A DNA stretch of 64,000 bases from Coleofasciculus sp. B1-GNL1-01. Its GTDB lineage: Bacteria; Cyanobacteriota; Cyanobacteriia; Cyanobacteriales; Coleofasciculaceae. The stretch lies in assembly GCA_040220235.1 (NCBI GenBank), contig JAVJTO010000088.1; one strand, given 5' to 3'. The notes under the pieces are model-generated. The model saw only the letters and a list, made by a program, of their open reading frames with translations. It was not told where the DNA came from and searched no databases. Below are positions 53,449-64,000 of this stretch, piece by piece (the stretch's first letter is position 1; each line of letters opens with the position of its first letter). The position numbers and the translations under genes were made by a program.

Positions 53449-56400
53449 ATGACACAAAAATCATTGCTAGAAATCTTTGAATATATTTCCTTGGCTGGCT
53501 CTGCTGTCGGAACTGTCGTAGCGGCGACATCTCAGCAGGTGGCTTACGCCGCAACGCCGTTAACGGTGGCGCTGGCGCTGAATCTGTTGAACCGACGTAA
53601 CATAATACAGCAGACACAGGATAGCACCAGAAGTGCGATCGGGGAAACCTATCAACTGATTCAATCCCTACATCAACAAGTCCAAGCTATCCCCACGCTG
53701 AATAATCAACTCAATAGCTTAGACCAACAATTTAATGCTCGACCCGAAAAAACGGCAATTGAGGACTTAAAAGCCTCCCTAAGTGAATTAACAGAACAAT
53801 TCACCCAACTGAGTCAAACCTTTAATACTCGCCCGGAACTACAAACCATTGAACAGTTGCAAACCACTGTTGCACAATTGACCGAACAGTTTAATAGCCT
53901 TAGCACTCAGTTCGAGCAGCTACCGACTGAGCCAGAGGTAGACTTAAGTAGCATTGAACAAGCCGTTTTTGAACTAACGGAGCAATTTAGCCAACTCTAT
54001 CAACAATTCCATAGTCGTCCCGAACTTGAGGATATTGAGCAAACTCAGGCGGCGATCGCCCAACTCCATGAACAACTCGGTACTATTACGGTTCGCCTGG
54101 ATCACTTACCTGCATCATCCGAGGTAGACTTAAGTATGCTCGAAGGCGCGATCGCCGAAATTACTAGCCAAGTTGACACCTTAACCACGCAAGTTAACAC
54201 CCTACCCAGCACCAGCGACACTGATCTCACCGGAGTAGACGCCGCACTTTCAGAACTCACCGAGGAATTTAGCCAACTCCAAGAACAGTTCCAGACTCGT
54301 CCAGAACTGCAAACCATCGCCCAACTTAGAGATCACCTTGCAACCTTGACTCATCGCTTAGATGAGTTACCCACCGCACCCCTAACCGACTTAATTAGCG
54401 TCGAAAGTGCGATCGCCGAAATTACCAGTCAAGTTGACACCTTAACCACTCAGGTTAACACCCTACCCAGCGCCAGCGACACTGATCTCACCGGAGTAGA
54501 CGCCGCACTCTCAGAACTTACCGAGGAATTTAGCCAACTCCAAGAACAGTTCCAGACTCGCCCAGAATTACAAATCATTACTGATCTGAGTGAACAACTC
54601 GAAACCCTCAGCACTCGCCTGGATCAACTTCCCACCGCACCAGCGGCTAACTTAAACGGTTTAGAACCCGTTATTGCTCAGATTACCAGTCAAATCGAAA
54701 CCTTAACCGCACGAGTCAATACCCTTCCCCTCTCCGGCGAAACCGATTTCACCGAAATTGAAGAAGCGATCGTCCAAATCCATGGTCAAATTAACACGAT
54801 TCAGCAGCAATTCCAGAATCGCCCTGAACTGCAAATTATTGAGCAATCCCAACGTGCGATCGCAGACCTAAGCGAACAACTCGAAACCCTTAGCCAGCGC
54901 CTGGATCAGCTTCCCACCGTACCCGGCGAAGAGTCAACCGCGATCGCCGAAATTACCCATCAACTAGACAGCTTAACCACTCAGGTAAACACCCTCTCCC
55001 CCGTTTCTGACACCGATTTGCGCGGGATAGAAGGTGCGATCGCGGATATCAGCGAACAACTGGAGACATTAAGCGCACGAGTTGATCATCTCCCCTTAAC
55101 CGCCACCCCCGAAGCCACCGACTTCAGTGAAATCGAAGCCGCGATCATTGATTTTAATCAACAACTGGGTCAACTCCATCAACAATTTACCACCAGACCC
55201 GAACTAGAAACCATTGAGCGATCGCAAACCGAAATTAGCCAGCTTACGGAACAATTTGCCATCCTCAATAGCCGCCTTGACCAACTCCCAACGACATCAG
55301 AGGAAGGCGTGGAACAGGTGATTGGCGAGATTCGGGGTCAAATTGAAACCCTCAGCCAACGAGTTGACCAGCTTTCCCCAGTTTCCCCAACCGATGTCAG
55401 TCAGTTAGAACAAGCCATTACTGACATTACCGCACAAATCGACAACTTAACCCAGCAAGTCAACACCCTCTCTACTCCTTCAGACACCGATCTATTTGAC
55501 GCAGAAGACACCCTGGCTCAAATTCAAAGTCAGATTAACACCCTGAATCGACAGTTCCAGACTCGACCAGAACTTCCAGAACTTGAGCAAACACAAACCG
55601 CGATCGCCCAACTGACGGAGGAACTGGAAACTCTTAGCAACCGCCTGGATCAGTTATCCACAGCACCAGAGGGTGATGGTAATGTCACCGAACAAACCAT
55701 TACTGAGATCACCGATCAGATTGAAACCTTAACCGAACGGGTAAATACCCTATCCACTCCCCCAGACACCGATGTGAGTGGAATCGAAACCGCACTGTCA
55801 GAACTCACTGACCAATTTAGCCAATTCCAGCAACAATTCCAGACTCGTCCAGAACTAGAGGAAATCCAGCAATCTCAAACCGCGATCGCCCAACTGAGTC
55901 AGCAACTGGAAACCCTTACCACGCGCCTGGATCAGTTGTCAACCACACCAGAGGGTGAGGATAGTCTCACTGAACAAACCCTGGTTGAGATTACCCGTCA
56001 AATTGACAGCCTAACCACACAGGTAAATACCCTATCCACCCCTACCGAAACCGATGTCAGTGGCGTTGAAACCGCGCTGTCAGAACTCACTGACCAATTT
56101 AGCCAATTCCAACAACAGTTCCAGACTCGTCCAGAACTAGAGGAAATCCAGCAATCTCAGAATGCGATCGCGGATCTAACTGAACAACTGGACACCCTGA
56201 GTACCCGCCTAACTCAGGTATCGACGACACCAGAGGTAGATCTGAGTGGGATTGAACAAACCATTGCCGAAATTGCGGGTCAAATTGACACCCTAACTCA
56301 ACGAGTGAATACCCTCTCCACTCCCACCGAAACCGATTTGAGTGGGGTAGAAGACTCCCTATCTCAACTAGCGGAACAATTTAGCCAACTCCAGCACCAG

Positions 56401-58074
56401 TTCCAGGAACGTCCAGAACTAGAGGAAATCCAGCAATCCCAAACCGCGATCGCGGATCTAACGCAGCGACTGGAAACCCTGAATATTCGCCTGAATCAGT
56501 TACCTATTGTTCCCGAAGTCGATCTGAGTGGGATTGAACAAACCATTGGCGAAATTACGGGTCAAGTTGAAACCTTAACCGAACGGGTGAATACCCTCTC
56601 CACTCCCACCGAAACCGATTTGAGTAGCGTCGAAGCGGCGCTGTTTGATTTAACTGAACAAGTCAGTCAACTTCAGCAACAATTCCAGGAACGTCCAGAA
56701 CTAGAGGAAATCCAGCAATCCCAACGTGCGATCGCGGATCTGACTCAACAACTGGACACCCTGAGTACCCGCCTAACTCAGTTACCGACAACGCCAGACG
56801 TCGATCGGAGTGCGACGGAACAAACCATTGCCGAGATTACCGATCAGATTGAAACCTTAACCGAACGGGTAAATACATTATCCACTCCCACAGCACCCGA
56901 TCAAAGCGGAATCGAAGCTGCACTTTCGGAACTCGCGGAACAATTAAGCCAACTCCAGCAACAGTTCCAGAATCGTCCGGAACTCCAGGAGATGGAACAG
57001 TCGCAAATCATGATTAGTCAACTGGCTGAACAACTGGAGATACTGACGAATCAGCTTGATCAAACCTCAGCGACGCCGGGAGTCGATTTGATGGAAATCG
57101 GATCAGCGATCGTTGATGTTCATGATCGCCTGGATCAACTAACGGCGCGTTTCGAGCAATTTCCGGGGACACCCGACACCGAACCCGCACCGATTCAACC
57201 CACCCTTACCGATTTAGTCGAAGAGGAGGTTGTTGCACCTCCGCCTCCCATCCCCACAATCCCCGCACTGGAACAAATTCAGCAACTTCCCGAAAATGAG
57301 GCGATCGCACCGCTTACGGATAAGCTAAAATCCCTGAACGAACAGTTTCACAATCAGCCTGCGACTCAAGCGGTTGAGGGATTAAAAATGACGCTGATTC
57401 AGTTAACGGATCACGTCAACATAATCACATCTCGTTTGGGAGGTTTACCGACAACGCCAGACCTAGATCTGAGTGGGTTAGAACAAGCGATTACCGAGGT
57501 TCACACCCAACTCGACGCCTTCAATCAACAGTTTAATGCACGACCGGAAGTTCAAGCCATTGAGCAATTGCAAGAGGCGATCAATCAGCTAGGTGAGCAG
57601 ATTTATACCACCCTGGTGCAATTTACTGAAGACTCGGAATCAATGTCCAAGAAGGAAAAAGATGACGCCCTCAAGGATATCGATTTCCAGTTAGATGCGA
57701 TGGAGTTGTGTCTAGAGAACCTACCCATGCTGGCTGACTTAGACTTCAGTGGGGTGGAAGGAGCGATCGCCGCGATCGACGAACAGCTTGACAATCTAAC
57801 TCAAACCATCGCCGAGAATCAAGCTGCACTCTTTGAAGTGGATCTCAGCGGTGGAGAGGAGGCGATCGAAGACATTAATCGTCAGATTGAGGCGCTCAAT
57901 CAAAAAATCAGTTCCCAATTAGATAAAGCGACGATAAAACAATTGGAAGACGCGATCGTTCATCTGAAAAAACAGCTTAATGCGGTTACGTTTACTTTAG
58001 AAACACTACCCGTGGCGTCCGATGATATGGACTTCGGTGGAGAAGAACCAGACATCGCTGATTTACAGTGGTGA
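53449..58074 (+). CDS. Giant acidic coiled-coil repeat protein with N-terminal hydrophobic hairpin
   Basis: 14 F..RPE(L) motifs; exact 282-nt (94-aa) period at 55741/56023/56305/56587/56869. Confidence 0.85.
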   Translation: MTQKSLLEIFEYISLAGSAVGTVVAATSQQVAYAATPLTVALALNLLNRRNIIQQTQDSTRSAIGETYQLIQSLHQQVQAIPTLNNQLNSLDQQFNARPEKTAIEDLKASLSELTEQFTQLSQTFNTRPELQTIEQLQTTVAQLTEQFNSLSTQFEQLPTEPEVDLSSIEQAVFELTEQFSQLYQQFHSRPELEDIEQTQAAIAQLHEQLGTITVRLDHLPASSEVDLSMLEGAIAEITSQVDTLTTQVNTLPSTSDTDLTGVDAALSELTEEFSQLQEQFQTRPELQTIAQLRDHLATLTHRLDELPTAPLTDLISVESAIAEITSQVDTLTTQVNTLPSASDTDLTGVDAALSELTEEFSQLQEQFQTRPELQIITDLSEQLETLSTRLDQLPTAPAANLNGLEPVIAQITSQIETLTARVNTLPLSGETDFTEIEEAIVQIHGQINTIQQQFQNRPELQIIEQSQRAIADLSEQLETLSQRLDQLPTVPGEESTAIAEITHQLDSLTTQVNTLSPVSDTDLRGIEGAIADISEQLETLSARVDHLPLTATPEATDFSEIEAAIIDFNQQLGQLHQQFTTRPELETIERSQTEISQLTEQFAILNSRLDQLPTTSEEGVEQVIGEIRGQIETLSQRVDQLSPVSPTDVSQLEQAITDITAQIDNLTQQVNTLSTPSDTDLFDAEDTLAQIQSQINTLNRQFQTRPELPELEQTQTAIAQLTEELETLSNRLDQLSTAPEGDGNVTEQTITEITDQIETLTERVNTLSTPPDTDVSGIETALSELTDQFSQFQQQFQTRPELEEIQQSQTAIAQLSQQLETLTTRLDQLSTTPEGEDSLTEQTLVEITRQIDSLTTQVNTLSTPTETDVSGVETALSELTDQFSQFQQQFQTRPELEEIQQSQNAIADLTEQLDTLSTRLTQVSTTPEVDLSGIEQTIAEIAGQIDTLTQRVNTLSTPTETDLSGVEDSLSQLAEQFSQLQHQFQERPELEEIQQSQTAIADLTQRLETLNIRLNQLPIVPEVDLSGIEQTIGEITGQVETLTERVNTLSTPTETDLSSVEAALFDLTEQVSQLQQQFQERPELEEIQQSQRAIADLTQQLDTLSTRLTQLPTTPDVDRSATEQTIAEITDQIETLTERVNTLSTPTAPDQSGIEAALSELAEQLSQLQQQFQNRPELQEMEQSQIMISQLAEQLEILTNQLDQTSATPGVDLMEIGSAIVDVHDRLDQLTARFEQFPGTPDTEPAPIQPTLTDLVEEEVVAPPPPIPTIPALEQIQQLPENEAIAPLTDKLKSLNEQFHNQPATQAVEGLKMTLIQLTDHVNIITSRLGGLPTTPDLDLSGLEQAITEVHTQLDAFNQQFNARPEVQAIEQLQEAINQLGEQIYTTLVQFTEDSESMSKKEKDDALKDIDFQLDAMELCLENLPMLADLDFSGVEGAIAAIDEQLDNLTQTIAENQAALFEVDLSGGEEAIEDINRQIEALNQKISSQLDKATIKQLEDAIVHLKKQLNAVTFTLETLPVASDDMDFGGEEPDIADLQW

Positions 58075-58616
58075 TTGGTCATTGGTCATTGGTCTTATGT
58101 CCTTTGTAAGAACCGTATAATCGTAGGGTGCGTTAGGCGGAACAACTCATATTTATGATCCTGTTAATAGGAATGTCGCCGTAACGCACCATGATTTGCA
58201 ATGTTAATCAACAACTGATTACCGAAGATATTACGCTCTATTTAATTCCTATTTTCTGATTCACTCTTGCATTTTTCCACAATCATGAGATTCTACGTCC
58301 AACCAATTTCTCGCACCAATGGTGCGAGTTTTTCAAATAGCTTCAGGCGTATGTTAATCGGGGCGGGTTTAATTACTTATAAGTGCAACCGAAAAGATAG
58401 TAGTGAAACCCGCCCCTACACAGTTTGTCGGTTGGGTTGAGTGAAGTCGAGGTAAGCCCTCACCGTCGAAGCCTCACGCGGCTCGACTGAGCTTCGCCGA
58501 ACGTCCGAAGTCCGAGGTGTTGCCTATTGCCTATTGCCACTATCGTGAGTTTCACATCTCAAAGGTAAACACTATTATAGTGAGGAAAGGAAACGCTGCG
58601 ATCGCTTAACTCCTAT

Positions 58617-59864
58617 TCAAAAAAATTCAGTTAGCCATGCATGAATGAGAATATTCAAGATGAACTCAAGTAGTCGCAGAGAAATATTAACAATTGGTAT
58701 GGACATGAGAGCAAAGGCAGGAGCTACAACGGGAATCCATCCGTATTGAGTAAAGATGAAAAAGCCAATGCCAAACACTACAATTAGCGCACCGATTGTA
58801 CTCAAACCCAAAACCAGGGGATGACGTATTTTCCAGGTCAAACTCCCCCCAACTAGCGCCCATCCTAAAATCCATAAAATCTCCTCCCATTCTGACCAAA
58901 ACCCAAGCAGGGGTCGCCCATCTAGTACCGTACTCAACAGTTGACTGACGATATGCCCATGGACAACTACTCCTGGCATTTTTTGAAGAACTTCCCCTTG
59001 GGAACTGTAGGGCGTGGAGAACAGATCATTTGCTGCCGGAGCAGAAATCCCAATCAGGACAATGCGGTCTTTAACTAAGCTCGGATCAACACGATCTTCG
59101 AGAACGTCTGTCAGGGTCACACTATCGGCTAACTTTTGGCCAGTGCGGTAATTCAACAAAATTTGATAGCCACCAGTATCCGCTTGTTGGTAACCCCCCG
59201 ATGTGGGAGATAGGGGTTTAAAGACGATATCACCCCATTTTAGATACTCCTTTCCGTTTTGCTGAATAGTTTGTGGCTCAATTCCTTTTTGTTCGAGGTA
59301 GTACCGGGCAAGTTGAAAGTTAAAAGAAAAACGGGTGGTACAACCTTCAGGAATGTCGGAATTGTGAAACAATAACGCCCGACGCACGACACCCTCTTCA
59401 TCGATTGGTAAATCCGAAAAGCCAACTTGATCCTGAGACACCCCTTCGGGTGGGGGAGTCCCTCGCCTGGTTTCGTTACCTAACCTACAAATGGGAATAA
59501 TATTATCGCTGTTTTTAAATAGTTGGGTTAATTGGGAGTTACCCGGAGGGATGGGAATATCTCGATACATATCCAAACCAACCACCGTGGGTTGATGCTG
59601 CTTTAGCTGAGAGAGGAGTTGATGCATCAGAGCATCGGTCATGGGCCACTGCTCTAGTGATTGAATATCATTCTCAGTCACTTCGACTACCAACAAACGG
59701 GGGTCTGGTGGTAAACTCGGTCGCAACTGCATCATTATATCAAAAACATTTAGTTCCCAAGGTTCTAGTCTTTCAAACTGCCGTGTTCCAAACAGTAAAA
59801 CTATCAGCGCTATGCCAGTCAATATAGTTCCTTTAAGATCTGAAATAGTTAAGTATAAGCGCAT
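58617..59864 (-). CDS. CHASE2 domain membrane protein without output domain
   Basis: DPRLLVVEVTENDI..QWP, VGLDMYRD, GFSDLPID..GVVRR, MPGVVVHGHIVSQL, three TM helices. Confidence 0.8.
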   Translation of the reverse strand: MRLYLTISDLKGTILTGIALIVLLFGTRQFERLEPWELNVFDIMMQLRPSLPPDPRLLVVEVTENDIQSLEQWPMTDALMHQLLSQLKQHQPTVVGLDMYRDIPIPPGNSQLTQLFKNSDNIIPICRLGNETRRGTPPPEGVSQDQVGFSDLPIDEEGVVRRALLFHNSDIPEGCTTRFSFNFQLARYYLEQKGIEPQTIQQNGKEYLKWGDIVFKPLSPTSGGYQQADTGGYQILLNYRTGQKLADSVTLTDVLEDRVDPSLVKDRIVLIGISAPAANDLFSTPYSSQGEVLQKMPGVVVHGHIVSQLLSTVLDGRPLLGFWSEWEEILWILGWALVGGSLTWKIRHPLVLGLSTIGALIVVFGIGFFIFTQYGWIPVVAPAFALMSIPIVNISLRLLEFILNILIHAWLTEFF

Positions 59865-60159
59865 AAGGGAAGCCTGAAAATATACAATAAACTTTACAGT
59901 GACTCAGATAGCAAAACCTGTGAGAAATGCGGCTCCAGCCCTGACAGGTTTAGTTTTTTTATTTTAGGGGGGACTAGACAAGGAGGACAAGGAAGGAAAG
60001 AAGACAAGGGGAAATTGTGAGTCCCTACAAAAGGGTTGGTTTAGCGACATTAATTTGACAAAATATATTATACCAAATCAGAGTTAGCAACCTCTGTGAT
60101 AACCCAGTCCGCGTAGGCGGACTACCCTTCGGGAAGGCTTCGCATACATCTGATGAACT

Positions 60160-60510
60160 CAATGTCTCCACATCAATCCACGGCGTCACCCCCCGCCGAA
60201 ACCAACCCATTACCGTCACCGATTCACCCACTAAATCACTGGGGCAAGTTCCCAGAGGGAGTAAGTTACCCAGAGAACCTAAAATTGAAAAGTAATGCAA
60301 TTTAACTAAACCACTATCGGTTTCAATAATTAAATCCACGCCTAACCAATTCTGCAATCCTCGCCGCCCTAAAAGTTTACCTGTAAATTCCACAAGTTGA
60401 TGGGTAGAGGGTAACGCATTCGGATCAGCTAGCATTTGTTCTAAGCTGGGTTGGTGACGAATCGCCGCAGGTTTGATATCGGGAAAGTTACCGTAGGGTG
60501 GGCAAGGGTT
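60160..60510 (-). pseudogene. Fragment of cyanobacterial HtpX/M48-type protein C-terminal domain
   Basis: NFPDI..LLGRRGLQNWLGVDL..GLVKLHY..GWFRRGVTPWIDVETL; no HExxH region upstream. Confidence 0.55.
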
Positions 60511-60552
60511 ATAAACCTTCAAATGCTTATTGGTGGGTTACTCTTGCCCACC

Positions 60553-61242
60553 CTACATAAAATCAGAGGAGAATTGTTCAATTATTTGCTGTATATATTC
60601 ATAACCCTCTGTGTCACCTTGTTGCTGAACAAGAGTGGCAGCTTGGCGAAAATCCTCAAGGGCTTTTGGTTTATCTCCTAAGTTACGGTAGGCAAAACCC
60701 CGGTTGTAGTATGCCAAAGCATCGTCAGGATTAAGTTGAATGGCTTGAGTGAAATCCGCGATCGCTCCTTGATAGTCTTCTAGCTTAAAGCGGGCAAGAC
60801 CCCGGTTGTAGTATGCCAAATCATCGTTAGGATTAAGTTGAAGCACTTGATTGTAATCCTCTATCGCCCCTTGGTAGTCTTCTAGCTTAAAGCGGGCATT
60901 ACCCCGGTTTCCGTAAGCAAAAGCATCTTCAGGATTAATTTGAATGGCTTGAGTGAAATCCGCGATCGCCCCTTGGTAATTTTCTAGCTGATAGTAAGCA
61001 TTCGCCCGTCGATGGTAAGACTCTGCATTGTTGGGACTTAGTTGTAGTGCTTGAGTTAAATCAGCAATAGCCCCCTGATAATCTCCTTTCTCTGCTTTGA
61101 TTCTTGCCGAGTTAATCAGGTTTTGAACTGTCGGTTGTTGGGCGACAACAAGATTCGTCAAAGCGACGGCAAACTGAGGCTGTACCCACACAATCGCTGT
61201 ACCGATGAGGGCGGCTGGTATGTGATTGGGAAACTTGATCAT
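60553..61242 (-). CDS. Secreted TPR protein, paralog 1
   Basis: Signal peptide; YQGAIAD(F/Y)TQAIQLNP TPR repeats. Confidence 0.9.
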   Translation of the reverse strand: MIKFPNHIPAALIGTAIVWVQPQFAVALTNLVVAQQPTVQNLINSARIKAEKGDYQGAIADLTQALQLSPNNAESYHRRANAYYQLENYQGAIADFTQAIQINPEDAFAYGNRGNARFKLEDYQGAIEDYNQVLQLNPNDDLAYYNRGLARFKLEDYQGAIADFTQAIQLNPDDALAYYNRGFAYRNLGDKPKALEDFRQAATLVQQQGDTEGYEYIQQIIEQFSSDFM

Positions 61243-61468
61243 TGTCTCGACTACTCCGCAGATTAAACGAATAATGTATTCTCCCGTTAATATTGGTGGG
61301 TTACGGCGGATACTTCATTAAATGGTTATCACTTCGATTTAGATACCGCCTAACCCACCCTACGTTACTATTTGGTATTTCCAGTTTAAGGGAGCAACAA
61401 TGTTGGCTGAGGATAAGACAGATCGGGGTATTTATACCGGAAAGGAGCCGGAAAATAATTTAAGGTCA

Positions 61469-62353
61469 TTACTGCTCAAGCCGTCTAATTATTTGCTGTG
61501 TATATTGATATTTCTCTGTGTCACCTTGTTGCTGAAAAAGAGTGGCAGCTTGGCGAAAATCTTCAAGGGCTTTTGGTTTATCTCCTAAGTTAAGATAGGC
61601 AATACCCCGACCGGTGTAGGCACCAACATAATCAGGATTAAGTTGAATCGCTTGATTGTAATCCTCTATCGCTCCTTGGTAGTCTCCTAAGTCAGAGCGG
61701 GCAAAACCTCGGTTGTAGTATGCCAAAGCATCGTTAGGATTAAGTTGAAGCACTTGATTGTAATCCTCTATCGCCCCTTGGTAGTCTCCTAGGTTAGAGC
61801 GGGCATTACCCCGGTTGCCGTAGGCACCAGCATAGTCAGGATTAAGTTTAATCGCTTGAGTGTAATCGGCGATCGCTCCTTGGTAGTCTTCTAGGTTAGA
61901 GCGAGCAATACCCCGGTTGCCGTAGGCAATAGCATCCTCAGGATTAAGTTTAATCGCTTGAGTGTAATCGGCGATCGCTCCTTGGTAGTCTCCTAAGTCA
62001 GAGCGGGCATTACCTCGACCGATGTAGGCGTAGGCAAAGTCAGGATTAAGTTGAAGCACTTGAGTGAAATCCGCGATCGCCCCTTGGTAATTTTCTAGCT
62101 GATAGTAAGCATTTGCCCGCAGATAGTAAGCCTCTAAATTGTTGGGATTCAGTTGTAGTGCTTGAGTTAAATCAGCAATAGCCCCCTGATAGTCTCCTTT
62201 CTCTGCTTTGATTCTTGCCGAGTTAATCAGGTTTTGAACTGTCGGCTGTTGGGCGACAACAAGATTCGTCAAAGCGACGGCAAACTGAGGCTGTACCAAC
62301 ACAATCGCCGTACCGATGAGGGCAGCTGGTATGTGATCGGAAAACTTGATCAT
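61469..62353 (-). CDS. Secreted TPR protein, paralog 2
   Basis: Near-identical termini to paralog 1, two extra TPR units. Confidence 0.9.
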   Translation of the reverse strand: MIKFSDHIPAALIGTAIVLVQPQFAVALTNLVVAQQPTVQNLINSARIKAEKGDYQGAIADLTQALQLNPNNLEAYYLRANAYYQLENYQGAIADFTQVLQLNPDFAYAYIGRGNARSDLGDYQGAIADYTQAIKLNPEDAIAYGNRGIARSNLEDYQGAIADYTQAIKLNPDYAGAYGNRGNARSNLGDYQGAIEDYNQVLQLNPNDALAYYNRGFARSDLGDYQGAIEDYNQAIQLNPDYVGAYTGRGIAYLNLGDKPKALEDFRQAATLFQQQGDTEKYQYTQQIIRRLEQ

Positions 62354-62391
62354 CGTCTCGACTACTCCGCAGATTAATTTGGCTGATTCAA

Positions 62392-62519
62392 TAAACTGTT
62401 CGGCATTTAAACCTTAATATCAATAACGGCGAAAGCCTTGTAGTGCGTTTAGCGAAGCCATGCCGAAGGCTTTGCATCTTGCTCGCTACTAATACCCAAT
62501 TTAAATGCATGACAGCTTA
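62392..62519. mobile_element. 128-bp MITE family B
   Basis: Inverted copy of 28754-28881. Confidence 0.8.
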
Positions 62520-63101
62520 CGACAGAGAACAGAAGGTTGTCAGGTTTTTTGTATTTACTTTATCACGAGAGCTGGACAACCTCTCTCCAAACGAAGAATG
62601 GCGTGAGTTTGACGCCTGTTGTATCAAACAAATGGTAGGGGCGCACTGACGTGCGCCCGATTTAACCCTTCGACCCTTCGGCACACTCAGGGCATCGCTT
62701 CGCGGCAATTGAGCGTTCGACTGAGCGCTCACGCGGCTCGACTGAGCATCGCCGAACGTCCGAAGTCCTGTCGAAATTCAGGGTTAACCGTGTAATCTAT
62801 TGCTTAATTTTAGGAGTTGTCGGTTGGGTTGACGCAGGAAACCCAACCAAGTTTAGGATTATTGTCTGAAATATTGATTGAATAATATTTTCTCCCGTTA
62901 ATATCGGTGGGTTACGGCGGATACTTCATTAAATGGTTATCACTTCGATTTAGATACCGCCTAACCCACCCTACGTTTTTTGATTCAAGTATTTTTCCCC
63001 TGGCTCTTTTTTTGAGAGAAAGGGGTTTTAATTTTGCTTATTATGTTATAACATTATTACAAGTAAACAGTACACTAATATAACACAAGGAAAAGAAGCT
63101 C

Positions 63102-64000
63102 ATGAAACCTTTACCGCCTCACTTCGACACCAGCCATACCGCTGAAACCTCTGCCCAGCAAGCGTTAACAGAATTTGGGATTACCCAACTCCTGTCTCTA
63201 CTCAAGCACTACCGCGATATTGATTTTGATGCGTCGCAAATGCACCTCACGGATACTGAAGTCCATGCGATCGCCCAGCTATTTATCCAGCAGTTGACCG
63301 AAAGCCTCAACGGTAAACTGATTGCTGGCGCGTTAAATACCCTGCGTCATAGTGAGGAGATAGAGAAACAGGGGAAGCCAAGGAAGCAAGGGGAGAATTT
63401 TTACAATCGCCCTCTCTCCACGCCTACCCCTCGCTATACAGAAGGCGATCGCGTTCAGTGGAAAACGAATCAGACAGACTGGGGTGTGATTGTAGGGCGC
63501 TTCTATGAATACCATCACCATCAATGGATGGTTTATTACATCATCCAACTCGCTTCTGATTCTCCTAGTGCAGCTTGGGTAACGACAGATACGGCGGCTG
63601 AAGCGGATGTGGAAAAAATACCTGATACGGTTGAATTGAATGAAGAGAATGGCAATTCTTATCGTTATCCCACCCATTCTCGCCGTGGGATACCGCCCCT
63701 ATCTCTGCATTGCCCGACGGGACGTTATAATCCTCGACGACGCCACAATCTGCGCCCGATTACTCAGCGTGAACAATACATTATTGACCTTTATTGTTAT
63801 TGTGAATTAGGGATGACGCCAAAGCAGTTTTATGCTAAATGGGATGTCACATACGAACAACTTTCTCATATCTGTTCCCGTTCCCTGGGGACAGTGCAGA
63901 ATTGGTTCAACCGAGGTCAAGGATATTATCCGCCTAAACCTAGGGATTTGCGCCATCTAGCAATTATGGATTTTTTGTTAGAACATTTTGAAGAGATACC
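63102..64000 (+). CDS. Hypothetical protein with C-terminal cyanobacterial HTH domain (runs off window)
   Basis: Open from ATG 63102 to the edge, absent from the ORF track; PRYTEGDRVQW..DWGVIVGRFY; MTPKQFYAKWDVTYEQLSHICSRSLGTVQNWF. Confidence 0.75.
   Translation, partial: MKPLPPHFDTSHTAETSAQQALTEFGITQLLSLLKHYRDIDFDASQMHLTDTEVHAIAQLFIQQLTESLNGKLIAGALNTLRHSEEIEKQGKPRKQGENFYNRPLSTPTPRYTEGDRVQWKTNQTDWGVIVGRFYEYHHHQWMVYYIIQLASDSPSAAWVTTDTAAEADVEKIPDTVELNEENGNSYRYPTHSRRGIPPLSLHCPTGRYNPRRRHNLRPITQREQYIIDLYCYCELGMTPKQFYAKWDVTYEQLSHICSRSLGTVQNWFNRGQGYYPPKPRDLRHLAIMDFLLEHFEEI

Larger units (their letters stand above)
38824..62975. repeat. Dispersed REP-like palindromes GTAGGGTGGGTTAGGCGG...CCGCCGTAACCCACC
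   Basis: Copies near 38824, 58123, 61295, 62907; degenerate copies inside the 256-bp array units. Confidence 0.8.

Overview
A 64-kb chromosomal window from a filamentous cyanobacterium. The HIP1 octamer GCGATCGC is very frequent, and heptamer/nonamer STRR runs and REP-like hairpins are abundant; a Coleofasciculus/Microcoleus-like host is an inference. Housekeeping genes (sbcC 3' end, msrP, wecB, mfd, rsgA, pilD, an ABC exporter, a ParA-family ATPase) are interleaved with heavily rearranged accessory DNA: several toxin-antitoxin modules (three with a dead toxin and intact antitoxin), two tnpB-only IS200/IS605 elements that each destroyed a host gene with an accompanying deletion, an orphan omegaRNA/right-end-like remnant, and at least four MITE families. 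The most unusual structures are non-coding: (i) a ~256-bp x3.5 tandem array behind an orphan dndE, in which every unit carries a conserved TTGACG-17-TACTAT promoter with an embedded HIP1 site firing antisense toward dndE into an invariant 5' sequence; (ii) a ~570-bp diverged non-coding element present twice, 36 kb apart, each copy ending at a HIP1 site, one of them upstream of dndE; (iii) a leader-peptide plus long-hairpin attenuator-like structure before rsgA; (iv) a vapBC cassette bracketed by a 141-bp duplication of the mfd 3' end. All family assignments come from motif recognition by eye, not database searches.
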